Part shown: positions 31,043-32,379 of the stretch, piece after piece
How the letters are laid out: each line of letters opens with the position of its first letter
Position numbering within the stretch: the first letter of the stretch is position 1
Made by a program: the position numbers and the translations under genes
Notes under the pieces: model-generated
What the model was told of the DNA's origin: nothing
What the model saw: the letters and a program-made list of their open reading frames with translations, nothing else
The model's database searches: none
Source: an uncultured Bacteroidales bacterium
GTDB lineage: Bacteria; Bacteroidota; Bacteroidia; Bacteroidales; Paludibacteraceae
Direction of reading: 5' to 3'
DNA: 32,379 nt
NCBI GenBank assembly: GCA_946405045.1
Contig: CAMJFV010000001.1
Span: 1 to 32,379, forward strand

Positions 31043-32345
31043 AATATCCCTCCTTATAATGATATTCAGAAAATCTTGTAGGAATTGTAAAACTCTCTTT
31101 CACAGACTTTGGTTTACTGGCCTCGCCGTCATGAATCATTTTACATTTCGTCATGATCCATTCCTGGAAGTTTTTGATTGGCGTGCCATAATCAATATCG
31201 GCATCGGTATAATCCCATACACCATAATTGACATCTTGGTTATGGTATTCCGCTGACACTTCAGCAACATACTCAAATATGTCAGTCAGTTTATCAAATA
31301 CCTTCTTGCGTTCGTAACCCCATTCATCCACAACACGTTTGAATGCTTGTTCGATATAAACAAACTTTCCATCAAGCGGTACAACACAAATTGTATGGGT
31401 ATTGAGTGTCTTTGTGTTTTTTGTATCGGTGAAATTCATGTAGTATTTTTTGTATGTTACTCCGAAGGCTTCGAGGTATCCAGCTTCATACTCGACCATG
31501 TCATAGCAGTTACCACCACCGGCCTGATCAACTGTTTCACCAGAATGGAATACCCAATACTTATCGTAATCTGCATCAGATACATTTCCAGTCATGAGTC
31601 TTCCATCTTTAATCAAACCATACTTGAATTTCTTGATGTCAACACAAAGATCATCGATTACACGTTCCGGTGAGTAATCAAACTTGGTTGCTTTCTTCAA
31701 GACTTTTGGTTTGACAACCCAGTGCCATTTGTATGTGAAGTAATTACGGGTATCCTTTTGACCCTTGGATGTAGGAACAACGGATTTCCGTTTTGCATCC
31801 GCAATCTGATCAACACGGATAACACCATACAGTTTCATCCGAACAGGTTCCATGATCCAAACTTCTCTAGTGACATTCGCGTCATACACGAGTTTGCCAT
31901 TCACGAGTTGTTTGTTGGTCTTGTGTTTGTATTCCTTCCAAGGTTTCTCCGGAACGTATACATACATTTTGTCGAATGTGTCTGGTGATTGTCTTTGAAG
32001 ATTCACTGTGATACCATTCAATGCACCTTCGATCGATGTGGAGAAACATATACGCGGAGTTGTATTGTCTTCGAATCCAGTGTCTTCCGGATTGTACGGA
32101 TCCAGATAGTCGGGAACGCGGGGCTTCCATACTTGCCCATCGATATGTTTATCCGGGGACACATGGAATACCAGATCATCAGAATACGGATTTACACCGT
32201 TCTTGAGATCTTGAAAGGCTCCTTCTTGGACATTATATTGGACACAACCATATGTTTTACCACATGATTCACATGTGTAGATTGGCTCACCTTTCATTGC
32301 GATAGAAATCTTTCCACCGCAATCACACTTCTTCATGACAGCCAT
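31035..32345 (-). CDS. large protein with N-terminal zinc ribbon and C-terminal papain/transglutaminase-like Cys-His motif (436 aa or longer)
   Basis: CDCGG...CESCG near the N-terminus. GGGNCYDMVEYEAGYLEAFG ... NTHTICVVPLDGKFVYIEQ has the Cys...His...Asp/Glu spacing of papain-fold enzymes. The reading frame stays open upstream to the window edge (32379), so the true start may lie outside the window. Confidence 0.8.
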   Translation of the reverse strand: MAVMKKCDCGGKISIAMKGEPIYTCESCGKTYGCVQYNVQEGAFQDLKNGVNPYSDDLVFHVSPDKHIDGQVWKPRVPDYLDPYNPEDTGFEDNTTPRICFSTSIEGALNGITVNLQRQSPDTFDKMYVYVPEKPWKEYKHKTNKQLVNGKLVYDANVTREVWIMEPVRMKLYGVIRVDQIADAKRKSVVPTSKGQKDTRNYFTYKWHWVVKPKVLKKATKFDYSPERVIDDLCVDIKKFKYGLIKDGRLMTGNVSDADYDKYWVFHSGETVDQAGGGNCYDMVEYEAGYLEAFGVTYKKYYMNFTDTKNTKTLNTHTICVVPLDGKFVYIEQAFKRVVDEWGYERKKVFDKLTDIFEYVAEVSAEYHNQDVNYGVWDYTDADIDYGTPIKNFQEWIMTKCKMIHDGEASKPKSVKESFTIPTRFSEYHYKEGYYV

Positions 32346-32379
32346 ACCCTCGTCATTGAATCCAAGGACATCGTCTTTA

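Noticed and set aside
31035-32345. Possible R-S-E type ADP-ribosyltransferase signature (PRICFSTSIEG contains R...STS) in the 436-aa protein.
   Set aside because: The Arg lies only 4 residues before the S-T-S, whereas ARTs have tens of residues between them. No E-x-E motif follows at the expected distance. The resemblance is probably coincidental.
1-32379. A search for tRNA/tmRNA genes, CRISPR repeats, integrase or transposase genes, attachment-site-like long direct repeats and reverse transcriptase/DGR elements.
   Set aside because: None was found by eye. Non-coding gaps are at most ~108 nt and are fully accounted for by hairpins, the 11-nt motif and RBSs. No ORF showed integrase, transposase or RT motifs.

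Overview
This is a 32.4-kb window that looks AT-rich by eye. Every credible gene (about 56) lies on the minus strand. The genes are packed head to tail with AGGAGG-type ribosome-binding sites and frequent ATGA or TGAATG stop-start coupling. I saw no rRNA, tRNA, CRISPR array, integrase or transposase.

The content reads like an early/middle (replication, nucleotide metabolism, host take-over) region of a large tailed phage. The host is probably Gram-positive and spore-forming (Firmicutes).

Recognisable products:
- NAD-dependent DNA ligase (24301-26199)
- ThyX-type thymidylate synthase with an unusual insertion (5730-6743)
- Mre11/SbcD-like nuclease (20591-21655)
- a second calcineurin-like phosphoesterase (22760-23446)
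- SpoIIID-like regulator (22468-22746)
- NADAR/YbiA-like hydrolase (19629-20357)
- DUF4406 / nucleoside-deoxyribosyltransferase-like protein (21662-22066)

About 45 ORFs belong to no family I can name.

Most notable observations:
1. Six paralogs in two clusters (9152-9876 and 12550-13899) share only a basic N-terminal module of about 25 aa, MNW(K/R)KRKKL...HY.EY(K/R). Their C-termini are unrelated.
2. A second family has three paralogs (3443-5362).
3. Three consecutive very large ORFs sit at the right end (26584-32345+). They carry duplicated zincin HExxH modules, a papain/transglutaminase-like Cys-His motif, a zinc ribbon and acidic repeats. This resembles the injected 'polyvalent' proteins of phages and conjugative elements.
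4. Seven GC-rich hairpin terminators split 18.3-26.3 kb into short cassettes.
5. An exact 11-nt motif (ATATATCATTA, gene sense) occurs three times, only in intergenic regions.

All family calls are motif recognition from memory. No searches or computations were run, and the start codons were refined by eye.
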